Shown: positions 30,097 through 39,740 of the stretch, in pieces
Numbering within the stretch: the stretch's first letter is position 1
Layout of the letters: each line of letters begins with the position of its first letter
Source of the DNA: Candidatus Bathyarchaeum tardum
GTDB taxonomy: Archaea; Thermoproteota; Bathyarchaeia; Bathyarchaeales; Bathyarchaeaceae
Reading direction: 5' to 3'
Assembly (NCBI GenBank): GCA_024650005.2
Contig: CP122380.1
Span: 1,984,001 to 2,048,000 of the forward strand
DNA: 64,000 nucleotides
The notes under the pieces: model-generated
Seen by the model: only the letters and a program-made list of their open reading frames with translations
Databases searched by the model: none
Told to the model about the DNA's origin: nothing
Translations under genes and position numbers: made by a program

Positions 30097-30848
30097 TGGC
30101 GATGTTCCTCCAAGTTAGTTGTGTGAGGATGGTTTTCCACAATAGGCAATGCTTGTTCAGGGGTTCCGTCAAAAGTTACTTTGCCACCAGTTATAACAAC
30201 AACCCGGTTGCAGTGATCCAGCATGTGATGGACATCATGAGTAACAATAAGGGTGGTTAAGTCTTGCTCATCATGAAGTTTAGTAATCAACAAAGGGATT
30301 TGTCCCCGTGAATCTGGGTCTAAATTACTGAAGGGCTCATCCAAAAGCAGGATTTTTGGTTTTTTAGCTAAAGCACGAGCCAGCATTACTTTTTGTTGTT
30401 GCCCACCAGAAAGTTTACCCATTGCCCGATCTGCTAGGTCTTCAATGCCGATTAGTTTCATTGCGTCGAGGGCTTTTTGTTTGTCTTCGGCTTCGGGTTG
30501 TTTAAGAAAACCAATTTGCCCGTATCGACCCATCAAAACTACGTCAAGGGCTTTGTAAGGTTCCCCAGGTTTGACCATAAAGTCTTGGGGCACATATCCG
30601 ATTTGACACCTGATTTTTTTGCCATTCGATTTTAGATCCAATCCAAAAACTGTTACTTTTCCGTTAAATGCAGGGAGCAACCCATTTATGGTTTCAATTA
30701 AAGTTGTTTTTCCAGACGCGTTTGGTCCGACGATGTAAACTAGCTCGTTTTGTTTGAAAGTTAGGTTGATTCCTTTGAGGGCGGGTCGTGTTTCGCCTTC
30801 ATAAACTGTTGAGACGTTTTCGAGCTTAATTATCGCGTCTTCAGACAT
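30093..30848 (-). CDS. Metal ABC transporter ATPase (ZnuC-like)
   Basis: GPNASGKT, IGYVPQ, LSGGQQQK, LLDEP, VTHD. Confidence 0.93.
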   Translation of the reverse strand: MSEDAIIKLENVSTVYEGETRPALKGINLTFKQNELVYIVGPNASGKTTLIETINGLLPAFNGKVTVFGLDLKSNGKKIRCQIGYVPQDFMVKPGEPYKALDVVLMGRYGQIGFLKQPEAEDKQKALDAMKLIGIEDLADRAMGKLSGGQQQKVMLARALAKKPKILLLDEPFSNLDPDSRGQIPLLITKLHDEQDLTTLIVTHDVHHMLDHCNRVVVITGGKVTFDGTPEQALPIVENHPHTTNLEEHRQ

Positions 30849-31076
30849 AATTTTGGAGGTCTCCCTTGAAGTTACAAGCAAAAACACTTTACAGTATTAC
30901 TATTAATTCTTTTCGTAATACGACATGATTATTAAATGTTTAGTAAACGACACAAACCCAATTGAAGCAAACTAAATACCAAGGGATTTTTGAATTCTAC
31001 ATCTAAAAGGGGTATCACATTTGGTTCAGTTAAAGTGTTGTTGTACGGGCAATAATTTTTCAGCCGAACAACAACA

Positions 31077-31090
31077 TTAGACACACCTAG
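31077..31090. promoter_or_regulatory. Possible DtxR-type operator upstream of the ABC operon
   Basis: ttagacacacctag resembles TTAGG-N4-CCTAA. Confidence 0.4.
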
Positions 31091-31183
31091 GATAAAAGCT
31101 AATTAAACAAGATCACCAAAAATTCAAGGCAATCTGCATGATATCAACAAGAATTTGGGCTAAACATTTAAACCTCCCATGCG

Positions 31184-32014
31184 TTGAAATCCATAGAAAA
31201 AATCAGGAAGTTGACCAAAACGGCGAAATGTAAATTCTGTGGTGACGATGTTACGCTGCCCTTCAAGTGTAAGTATTGTGGGGACTCCTTTTGTGGGGAT
31301 CATCGCATTCCAGAAAGCCATAACTGTCCTGAAGCGTGGAGAGCAAAAGCCCCAAGAGAGACTCCACCGATTGTGGGTAAACAATGGTCTGCTCAGCCAA
31401 AATACAAATACACTGTGTCGTACGCGCCACAAAATTCTCGCGTGTTTTGGTTTAGCAAAAAAGAACTCCAACATTTACTCTTAGGAACACTGTTGGTCAT
31501 GGCAGTTGGTTTAAGTTTCTTTTTGAATACAAGTTCATCAACAATAATCATTGTGGGATTAACAATAGCTTTCACATTGTCATTTCTTTTACACGAAATT
31601 GCCCACAAATTTTCAGCTCAACATTTCAACATGTGGGCAGAATTTCGGCTAACCCTGCAAGGCGCCCTCATCACGTTGCTTTCAGCCTTTTTGCCTCCGC
31701 CCTTTAAGATCATCTCTCCAGGAGCTGTAATGATTGCAGGGTCAGGAAACCTTGAAACCATCGGAAAAGTTGCAGTTTCTGGACCGATAACAAATATTGG
31801 TCTTTCTGTAATTTGTGCTTTTATTGCCGCGGTTACAAATCAGGGTCTTTTCTGGGTTGTTGCGTTTATCAACGCATTTTTGGCGACGTTTAACCTTATA
31901 CCCTTTGGAATAATTGATGGGATGAAAGTTTACAAGTGGAACAAACTAGTGTGGGCAACAGTGTTTGCTGTTGCAGTTGGCTTGATGGCTTTAACGTATA
32001 GTACACTATATTGA
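31184..32014 (+). CDS. AN1 zinc finger fused to M50 (site-2) membrane metalloprotease
   Basis: CKFC...LPFKCKYCGDSFCGDHRIPESHNC; HEIAH; AVSGP; FNLIPFGIIDG. Confidence 0.9.
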   Translation: MKSIEKIRKLTKTAKCKFCGDDVTLPFKCKYCGDSFCGDHRIPESHNCPEAWRAKAPRETPPIVGKQWSAQPKYKYTVSYAPQNSRVFWFSKKELQHLLLGTLLVMAVGLSFFLNTSSSTIIIVGLTIAFTLSFLLHEIAHKFSAQHFNMWAEFRLTLQGALITLLSAFLPPPFKIISPGAVMIAGSGNLETIGKVAVSGPITNIGLSVICAFIAAVTNQGLFWVVAFINAFLATFNLIPFGIIDGMKVYKWNKLVWATVFAVAVGLMALTYSTLY

Positions 32015-32066
32015 GCAAGTTTTACTGCGATGTTTTAATTTAAAAAATTAGTAGAGAAACTGATGG

Positions 32067-32375
32067 TTACATCAGTTCAATGCTGACGAAAACTTCTTCG
32101 GGTACTCGGACCCTCATGATTCGGCGCATTACTCGTTCTTCTGCGTCAACTATGATAAGGCGCTTGTGTATTCGCAGTTCCCATCGGTCCCATGTTGCAG
32201 TTCCTTGACCGCAGGGGGTTTTGCGTACGGGCACTTTGAGTTTCTTTGTTGGCAGGGGATGTGGTCCTGTTATTTTTACGCCGGTCTTCTCAGCGATGAG
32301 TTTTAGTTCTCCACATACATTTTCAAGCTTTTTGTAGTCAGTGCTTGTGAGCTTGATTCTCGCTTTTCTTACCAT
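32067..32375 (-). CDS. rpsJ: 30S ribosomal protein S10 (uS10)
   Basis: ARIKLTS, GPHPLPTKKL, RKTPCGQGTATWDRWELRIHKRLI. Confidence 0.96.
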   Translation of the reverse strand: MVRKARIKLTSTDYKKLENVCGELKLIAEKTGVKITGPHPLPTKKLKVPVRKTPCGQGTATWDRWELRIHKRLIIVDAEERVMRRIMRVRVPEEVFVSIELM

Positions 32376-32519
32376 CGCCAAGATACTCCATTTGATGTTG
32401 CCTTATCCTATTTCCGCATTTTAAATACTTTTTCCCTGTGTACTCAGATTCTATGACTTCTCCCCAGAAATACCTTTGGGTTTTGGGATAACATGACTGT
32501 AAAAAACATGGAATTTAAC

Positions 32520-33446
32520 CTAAAAGGGCAGAACTAATCCAGCTAGTTCGCCAAACAGTATGAGGCTTGATATTACGTAACCTAGAATTGCTCCACTGCA
32601 TAGAAGGGGCAGCCCTGCTTGGGGTTTTCCTTTAACTACAAGAGTCATTAACGCGCCAAAGCCAACTAGGGTGCCAATCATAACAGATAAAGCTACTAGG
32701 AATCCGTTGTCGGGGATGTTATGGAAGGTTGCAACAACTAGTATTCCGGGCATGACTATGTCGCCCAATCCCAAGAAGAAGGCTTCCCGTTCTTGTTTTT
32801 CTTCGATTTTTTGTTTTAGCCCTTTAGTTTCTTTGATTAAAGAATACTGTCGGATTTTGGGTACAACCATCATTACGGGCAGTTTAAGGTCCATAACTGC
32901 GTCTGCGAGGTCGATCATGTGTTTTGTTTTATAAACTGAAATTGCATCGTATACAGCCAATCCGATAAGTAACACAATTACCAAGAATATGCCAAGGGAA
33001 ATTCCAAAGATTCCTATGGCTCCGACCCCGACGATGATTCCGGCTAGGTCGATTATGTACCATTCAGGATATTTGACAAGGGCGATCACTAGAATTGCTG
33101 CGACGACTATTGAAAGTATTAAGGATATGTCAGCTGAAACAACATAGGTTAACAGGGGATAGAACACGAAAACTGTGGTGTACGAGATTGACCCCAGTAT
33201 TATGACTTGTATGAACTGTTTTTTCCAGTATTTTGCAATTAACAGTATAGTGAGGGTTACTGCCATCATTATTACAAAAAAGACAAGCAAGTTATCCAAG
33301 GAGTTGGCGTCTTCAAAAGCTACCAGTCCGGCTGCTTCAAAAGGTTGGGTAATTAGTATGGCTAACAGGTGGATGACCACGAATAAGCCGCCCATTAGAA
33401 CCATGGGAAAAACAACTGAGTCTTTTTCATGTTTGTCGGTGGTCAT
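32520..33446 (-). CDS. Presenilin/signal-peptide-peptidase-family GxGD intramembrane protease
   Basis: VYDAISVY, LGLGD, PQAGLPLL. Confidence 0.93.
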   Translation of the reverse strand: MTTDKHEKDSVVFPMVLMGGLFVVIHLLAILITQPFEAAGLVAFEDANSLDNLLVFFVIMMAVTLTILLIAKYWKKQFIQVIILGSISYTTVFVFYPLLTYVVSADISLILSIVVAAILVIALVKYPEWYIIDLAGIIVGVGAIGIFGISLGIFLVIVLLIGLAVYDAISVYKTKHMIDLADAVMDLKLPVMMVVPKIRQYSLIKETKGLKQKIEEKQEREAFFLGLGDIVMPGILVVATFHNIPDNGFLVALSVMIGTLVGFGALMTLVVKGKPQAGLPLLCSGAILGYVISSLILFGELAGLVLPF

Positions 33447-33568
33447 TTCCTTTTAAGAACACAGTTACTGGCTTATAGAGTTTGTTTCAAGAACCAACAA
33501 AAGTCTGGCCTGCACAAAAGGCTATAGTTTGATATACTGGGTTTGTTTGTAGAATTGTGTGATTTGCA

Positions 33569-34612
33569 TTGAAGTTAGTTGAAGTTCTGGAAAAGTTTTC
33601 CAATGTTAATGGCGTAACTGGGCGAGAAGACCAAGTTCGAAACTTGCTTGAAAATTACTTGAAACCCTACGTTGACGAAATCAAAGAAGATAAACTAGGG
33701 AACCTAATTGGATTTAAGAAAGGCAAAGCCGATGCGCCCACGGTTATGATTGCTGCCCACATGGACGAAGTGGGATTAATGATTAAAAACATCAAGAAAA
33801 AAGGCTTTTTGCAGTTCACAAAAATTGGGGGAATCGATGATAGGGTGCTTTTTGCTCAAAAAGTTATTGTTCACACGGAAAAAGGTCCACTAGTTGGAGT
33901 TGTAGGCGCGAAACCAGTTCATATTCAAAAAGACGAAGAACGCAAAAAAGTCATTGACGCTGACCACCTGTTTATCGACATCGGAGCCAAAGACAAAGAA
34001 GAGGCAGAAAAAATGGGGGTTCAAGTTGGGGATGTTGTTAGTTTTGACATCCAGTTTGGCAAATTAAACAAAAACGTTGTTTTAGGGAAAGCCTTCGACG
34101 ACCGTGTGGGTTGCGCAATTTTGGTTGAAGTAATGAAGCAGCTACAAGATTGTGACTGTAACGTTTACGTTGTGGGCACAATTCAGGAGGAAGTAGGCTT
34201 GCGTGGAGCCACCATTGCAGCTTTTAGTATTCAACCTGATTTAGGCCTTGCAGTTGACGTTACTGTTGCTGGGGACACCCCAGGAGTAGTAGAAGGGGAT
34301 GCTCCTGCCAAGATGGGTGGAGGTCCAGCGTTAACGGTTGCGGATGCAGGTTTGATTACCCATCCTAAGGTGTTGCGGTTGCTAATTGATTCAGCAAAAG
34401 AAAACAAAATTTCGTATCAGTTGGAAACGGGAATTCGAGGTTGCACAGATGCAGCAAAAATTGCATTAACAAGGGATGGAGTTCCCAGTGGCGTCGTTTC
34501 TGTTCCTGCTCGGTACATTCACAGTCCAGCAGGCATAATCAATCTGGACGATGTCCAGAAAACTGTTGATTTGTTGGTTTGTGTAGTAAAGAATGTTCCA
34601 AAACATTTTTGA
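33569..34612 (+). CDS. M42 (TET) aminopeptidase
   Basis: AAHMDEVG, KAFDDRVG, QEEVGLRGA, VDVT, RYIHS. Confidence 0.95.
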   Translation: MKLVEVLEKFSNVNGVTGREDQVRNLLENYLKPYVDEIKEDKLGNLIGFKKGKADAPTVMIAAHMDEVGLMIKNIKKKGFLQFTKIGGIDDRVLFAQKVIVHTEKGPLVGVVGAKPVHIQKDEERKKVIDADHLFIDIGAKDKEEAEKMGVQVGDVVSFDIQFGKLNKNVVLGKAFDDRVGCAILVEVMKQLQDCDCNVYVVGTIQEEVGLRGATIAAFSIQPDLGLAVDVTVAGDTPGVVEGDAPAKMGGGPALTVADAGLITHPKVLRLLIDSAKENKISYQLETGIRGCTDAAKIALTRDGVPSGVVSVPARYIHSPAGIINLDDVQKTVDLLVCVVKNVPKHF

Positions 34613-34648
34613 CCAAACTTTTCCCCACAAATAATGGGACTTGCACGT

Positions 34649-35080
34649 ATGAAGACTCGTTTCAAGTTTTTGGAGCACACCGCAGACGCGTACATTGAAG
34701 CCTACGGAAACAGTTTAGAAGAAGCTTTTGAAAGCGCAGGATTGGCTTTTACAGATGTTATGACTACCCTTGAAACAGTCGAGGCAAAAACGGAAGAAAC
34801 TTTTGCAGTTGAAGCTCAGGACGAAGAGGCTTTGTTGTACAGTTGGCTTGAAGAATTGTTACTTGCTTTTGAGTTGAAGCAAATGTTGTTTTCTAGTTTT
34901 GAAGTTTCAAGCATAACACCAACAGCTAAGGGATTAAAGCTAGTTGCAAAAGCATGGGGAGAAACCTACGATCCAGAAAGGCATGTGTCCAAAGTGGGGG
35001 TTAAAGCTGCTACGTATCATCAGATGAAAATCGTTAAAGACTCTGATGGCGTGGTTTTACGGTTTCTTCTAGACATTTAA
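34649..35080 (+). CDS. Archease
   Basis: FLEHTADAYIEAYG, WLEELL, VKAATYH, LDI C-terminus. Confidence 0.93.
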   Translation: MKTRFKFLEHTADAYIEAYGNSLEEAFESAGLAFTDVMTTLETVEAKTEETFAVEAQDEEALLYSWLEELLLAFELKQMLFSSFEVSSITPTAKGLKLVAKAWGETYDPERHVSKVGVKAATYHQMKIVKDSDGVVLRFLLDI

Positions 35081-35152
35081 CGGTATAATCAAATTATTTA
35101 TTAGCCCACCTGAGAATATTATTTGTGGGAGATAGTTTTTGGAAGTGATTGT

Positions 35153-35566
35153 ATGGCATCAAAAAAGTTGTTAGAGTTAATGAACAAAGGAATCGCCCGG
35201 GAACTGCAAGTATCTATCCAGTACATGTGGCAACACGTCATGGTTACTGGAATCAAAAGCGCCATGGTTGGAGGAGTCTTTAAAGAAATTGCCATCACAG
35301 AAATGAAACACGCCGAAGAAATCGCAGAACGCCTAGCGTACCTTGGAGGAGTGCCCACCATAAAGCATGACCCCATCGTAGTAGGCAAAAACTTGGAAGA
35401 AATGCTCCAATTAGACAAAAAAGCCGAAGAAGAAGCTATAGAATTATACAAAGAAACAATCAAAGCGGCAACAGCCGACGGGGACATTACAACCCGCAGA
35501 TTGTTTGAAGAAATCCTCGGCGACGAAGAAGAACACGAAGACACCTTTACTAAACTGTTGCAGTAA
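35153..35566 (+). CDS. Ferritin-like (bacterioferritin/rubrerythrin-like) di-iron protein
   Basis: RELQVSIQY, EMKHAE, EEEAIELY, DEEEH. Confidence 0.9.
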   Translation: MASKKLLELMNKGIARELQVSIQYMWQHVMVTGIKSAMVGGVFKEIAITEMKHAEEIAERLAYLGGVPTIKHDPIVVGKNLEEMLQLDKKAEEEAIELYKETIKAATADGDITTRRLFEEILGDEEEHEDTFTKLLQ

Positions 35567-35688
35567 CAACAACTTTCCATTTTCTTTTTTTGTTTTGTAA
35601 CTTGTTTTGTTTAGTTGAAGATACGTTTATCACACTAAATTATGAGTAAAAGCTTATAGACACCAAAACCCAATGAACAAATCTACAA

Positions 35689-35775
35689 GTCGGGATGGCA
35701 GAGCGGATAACGCGCAGGCCTTGAAAGCCTGTGACCCAACGGGTCGCGTGGGTTCGAATCCCACTCCCGACGCCA
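35689..35775 (+). tRNA. tRNA-Ser(TGA), encoded CCA
   Basis: GTCGGGA/TCCCGAC acceptor, CAGGC-CTTGAAA-GCCTG, long variable arm GACCC/GGGTC, GTTCGAATC, G73. Confidence 0.96.
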
Positions 35776-35869
35776 CAATTACAATTTTTTATATCCAGTT
35801 GAAAATTCAAAGCAGATTGAAAAAATATGATTCGACTAAAATGACGTCAATTTTGAGCAAATATAAAAT

Positions 35870-36808
35870 TTAGCAAGCTCTTGGGGAAGTCATGTCCGAA
35901 AATTCACTTTTCATCTTTTGCATTTCTTTGAAGAGTATTTCATTACCAAAGAATAAATTATCTTGATAGTTCAAAGCGTTAACATTAACTAATTCTTGGA
36001 GAATATAGGGTAATCTAAAGTAAACTTTTGATCTTCGTCCATAGATTATTGCACATTGACGTGCAAAAGAATCTTTTGTCCAATAAATCAACTCATCAGC
36101 TTCAAGTGCTGGTCTATAATAACAACTATCAACATGCACAAAAGGATCAAGTTGTGTTATGTTAAAAACTTCTCGTAATGCAGAATATCTTGTTTTAATT
36201 ATGTAAGAGAGTATCGCTTTGCTCAGCTTCTGAGGATCGTTTCCCGTTTGGAAAACAAGCTCTGTAAACATATTGCCGTAAGAATATCTTTTTTCAGCAT
36301 ACTTAACTATCTCTAGGCTTTCAAGTAATTTTAGATATTTCCGTATTTTTTCAGCCTCTTTAGTTGAAAGTAAATTTATTTCGAAATCACAGATGGCTTT
36401 ATTCCATTGGAGGTGAGATATAATGGTTCCAATTTTTCCTAAAACCCATTTTACTTCGCCAATATCAGCAAAATTATCAGCTGAAGCTGTTACAATTATT
36501 CTTTCAGCACGTTTTTGCCACAAATCAAGATAACCAGAAAGATTCTGCACACAAATATCTCTTGATGTCGCATTGATATTTTGAAGGTCTTCTTGAACTT
36601 GCACTGTCCCTAATCTTCTAAGGGATAGAAACTTCACAATTCGTTCATTGGGGCATCGGTCATCACAAATTATTCGCGGATAATCAGATTTTAGTTCTGC
36701 AATCCAGGTCTTTCCTTTTACATCAAATTTTGGTTCATCAACAGAAATGAGATTGCCGTAATGCTGATTTACATATTTTCGAATCACATATTTGGCATTC
36801 AGTTCCAT
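35870..36808 (-). CDS. Hypothetical protein with probable winged-helix segments
   Basis: 312-aa ORF; KYLKLLESLEIVKY...YSYG and ILQELVNVNALNY...FFG look like wHTH recognition helix plus wing. Confidence 0.65.
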   Translation of the reverse strand: MELNAKYVIRKYVNQHYGNLISVDEPKFDVKGKTWIAELKSDYPRIICDDRCPNERIVKFLSLRRLGTVQVQEDLQNINATSRDICVQNLSGYLDLWQKRAERIIVTASADNFADIGEVKWVLGKIGTIISHLQWNKAICDFEINLLSTKEAEKIRKYLKLLESLEIVKYAEKRYSYGNMFTELVFQTGNDPQKLSKAILSYIIKTRYSALREVFNITQLDPFVHVDSCYYRPALEADELIYWTKDSFARQCAIIYGRRSKVYFRLPYILQELVNVNALNYQDNLFFGNEILFKEMQKMKSEFSDMTSPRAC

Positions 36809-36829
36809 TTTTTTTACCTCAGATTGCTG

Positions 36830-37399
36830 TTATTTTTCTTGGTTACCAAATTCTTCTAACATCCTCTGTTTCTTTTTGCCTATTTTAATTTTTACAACTT
36901 CTCTATCCCAACTGTCCCAGCTAGCTAAAAAATCGGGAATATACATGGACCGTTCACCATATATTGGATCATTAAAATAAACCTGATTTGTCGATTCATT
37001 CACTTCGGTAATTACAACAGCATGTTTACATCTATGTTGATCATCTTTAAGGTCAATCATCACAATAGGTGGTTGTCCATCACCTATTTCAGTTTCAAGT
37101 TCAGTCAATGTGTGCCATTTTAACGCATATTCAAATTCAATAGAGGGAATAGCAGCTAATACTTCAGGCACACTATTTAGATTTAAAATCATATTAGGAT
37201 AGGTCCCATCAGCTCGGGTATCAATAATTTTTCCGATTTCTTCCAAATCAAAATCAGGCACTCTTCCCTGAGGATAAAAATTTTTAATAAACATCAAAAC
37301 CATTTTTACACATCTGGGAATACAAGAAAAACCATCTTCCTGAAGAGGCTCGACCAACGGAACTGATAAATGCACTAACGAAATGACACCGTTAACCAA
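36830..37399 (-). CDS. C39-like cysteine peptidase
   Basis: Q...SCIPRCVKMVL (catalytic Cys), GQPPIV, HAVVIT (His), VYFNDP (Asp). Confidence 0.82.
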   Translation of the reverse strand: MVNGVISLVHLSVPLVEPLQEDGFSCIPRCVKMVLMFIKNFYPQGRVPDFDLEEIGKIIDTRADGTYPNMILNLNSVPEVLAAIPSIEFEYALKWHTLTELETEIGDGQPPIVMIDLKDDQHRCKHAVVITEVNESTNQVYFNDPIYGERSMYIPDFLASWDSWDREVVKIKIGKKKQRMLEEFGNQEK

Positions 37400-37662
37400 A
37401 TTCTTTTAACTAATATTTCAGATTTACTCATGTTTGAACAAAATATTCAAGTTATATAAAAGAATGAAAAAATAAGGAATAAAGCAAATGATTAACATCT
37501 GAAGAAACCCTTATAAAAATCTCTTTTGGGAGCGATAAAAGTTTGCTCATACTAATGTCCTGCAGATTGTGAGCCAATAAATTTTGAGTGTAAACAAATT
37601 TAAGTAGATAATTTGAAAGTTTATGGTAGTATTTTTTGTTGGAATGTAAATTGGATGAACAC

Positions 37663-39690
37663 ATGGATCATAGACAGTCCAAGCAGCAAGGGGGCGGTCA
37701 TTCTCAACATATAGCAGAATTTAAAAAGAAATTTTTTGTTTGTCTTGTTCTCACAGTTCCGATTTTGGTTCTTTCTGAGATGATTCAAAGCTGGTTTGGT
37801 TTTGTACTAATTGTTCCTTGGCAAAATGAAATTGTGTTCATTTTGTCGTTGATTGTTTACATCTATGGCGGTCTTCCGTTCCTTAAAGGAATGCTTAAAG
37901 AATTAAAGAACCGCCAACCTGGAATGATGACTTTAATTGGGACAGCAATTTCGGTTGCTTTCTTTTATTCAGCAGCAACAGTTTTTGTCATTGTTGGCAA
38001 GGATTTCTTTTGGGAATTGGCAACCTTAGTTGATGTAATGCTTTTTGGGCATTGGATAGAAGCAAAAAGTGTAATGGGGGCTTCAAGAGCTTTAGAAGAG
38101 CTAGTAAAAATCATGCCTATAACTGCACATTTAGTTGATGATGGTGAAATTATTGACGTTCCTGTTTCGGAGTTAAAAAAAGACAATATTGTATTGGTCC
38201 GTCCTGGAGAAAAAATCCCTTCAGACGGAGTAGTGACTGACGGGGAATCTTTTGTAAATGAATCTTTATTGACTGGAGAGTCAAAGCCGATCCATAAAAT
38301 ACCTGAAAACAAAGTTATTGGTGGCTCTATTAATGAAGAAGGCGTTTTAAAGATAAGAATTGAGAAAACTGGAAAGGAGACATATATTTCACAAGTAATA
38401 AGTTTGGTTAAACAAGCCCAAGAAAGCAAGTCCAAAACTCAGGATCTTGCAAATCGAGCTTCTGCATTGCTTTTTTACGTTGCCTTGACGGTGGGTATAA
38501 TAACGTATGTTGCTTGGTTGTTTTTTGGATATCCAGATATTGCTCTTGAGCGATCTGTTACGGTTCTGGTAATTGCTTGTCCTCATGCCTTGGGTTTAGC
38601 TATACCTCTTGTTGTGGCATTATCCACGTCAATTACAGCAAAAAGTGGGATTTTAATTCGAGATAGAAAAGCCTTTGAAACAATAAGGGACATTGATGTT
38701 GTTGTTTTTGATAAAACAGGAACATTAACAGAAGGAAAATTTGGGGTTTCGGATGTTGTTTCTTTCATTCCCGAAGATGAGTTGGTGAAATTGTCTTCAG
38801 CTGTTGAATTAAACTCGGAACATATTATTGCAAAAGCTATCGTGGATTACGCTAACGAGAAAGAAATAAAAATTCCAAAAATTGAGGAGTTCAAAGCAAT
38901 ACCTGGAAAAGGTGCACAAGGAAAAGTTAACGGTAAAACAGTTTACATGGGAAGCCCCAGCTTTATAGAGGAACAAAAAATCGAAATTAATGATGAACGT
39001 ATTTTATCTCTGCAAAAGCAGGGTAAAACGGTTGTTTTTTCAGTTGTAGACGGTAAACTTGCTGGTGCATTTGCTCTTTCAGACAGAATTAGAGAAGTTT
39101 CAAAAGAGGCTGTAAAAGAATTAACCAGAAACGGCATTAAAGTGTACATGCTTACAGGTGACGCCAAAGAGGTGGCGGCTTCTGTTTCTGAGGAACTGGG
39201 GATAACTGATTATTTTGCTGAAGTTCTTCCTGATCAAAAAGCAGAGAAAATTAGCTCATTGAAAGCCAAAAACTTGAAGGTTGCAATGGTAGGTGATGGG
39301 ATTAACGATGCCCCTGCCTTGGTTACTGCTGATGTTGGAATAGCTATTGGTGCTGGAACAGATGTGGCGATAGAAAGTGCTGACATTATTCTGGTAAGAA
39401 ATGACCCCAGAGATGTGGTAAAGGTAGTAAATCTTTCAAGAAAAACGTACTCCAAGATGATTCAGAACCTTTGGTGGGCAGCTGGATACAACATTTTTGC
39501 TATTCCATTAGCAGCCGGAATTTTGTACAATTTTGGGATCATTGTAAGCCCTGCAATAGGTGCTCTTTTGATGTCAATAAGCACGGTTATTGTTGCAGTA
39601 AATAGCCAAACTCTTAGAAAATACGAATCAAAAGGAAAAGATGTCGCTACCAACCAGACCAAGTCCGAACATTTGCACAATGTTTCATGA
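37663..39690 (+). CDS. copB: P1B-3 copper-translocating ATPase
   Basis: His-rich N-terminus, TGES, CPHALGL, DKTGT, SEH, GDGIND, YN, MSIST. Confidence 0.93.
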   Translation: MDHRQSKQQGGGHSQHIAEFKKKFFVCLVLTVPILVLSEMIQSWFGFVLIVPWQNEIVFILSLIVYIYGGLPFLKGMLKELKNRQPGMMTLIGTAISVAFFYSAATVFVIVGKDFFWELATLVDVMLFGHWIEAKSVMGASRALEELVKIMPITAHLVDDGEIIDVPVSELKKDNIVLVRPGEKIPSDGVVTDGESFVNESLLTGESKPIHKIPENKVIGGSINEEGVLKIRIEKTGKETYISQVISLVKQAQESKSKTQDLANRASALLFYVALTVGIITYVAWLFFGYPDIALERSVTVLVIACPHALGLAIPLVVALSTSITAKSGILIRDRKAFETIRDIDVVVFDKTGTLTEGKFGVSDVVSFIPEDELVKLSSAVELNSEHIIAKAIVDYANEKEIKIPKIEEFKAIPGKGAQGKVNGKTVYMGSPSFIEEQKIEINDERILSLQKQGKTVVFSVVDGKLAGAFALSDRIREVSKEAVKELTRNGIKVYMLTGDAKEVAASVSEELGITDYFAEVLPDQKAEKISSLKAKNLKVAMVGDGINDAPALVTADVGIAIGAGTDVAIESADIILVRNDPRDVVKVVNLSRKTYSKMIQNLWWAAGYNIFAIPLAAGILYNFGIIVSPAIGALLMSISTVIVAVNSQTLRKYESKGKDVATNQTKSEHLHNVS

Positions 39691-39740
39691 AATATTCCAA
39701 ATTTGGAATTAACTTTTTTTATTTTAAACGTGAGTTGAGA

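Noticed and set aside
35689-35775. tRNA-Sec or opal suppressor
   Set aside because: The anticodon reads UGA (decoding Ser UCA), not UCA, and the acceptor stem is a normal 7 bp.
35673-35873. 66-aa ORF from the track
   Set aside because: It overlaps tRNA-Ser entirely and is spurious.
35689-37600. Integrated element (provirus/ICE) at tRNA-Ser
   Set aside because: No integrase and no duplicated tRNA 3' end were found in the window; only the two-gene module is supported.
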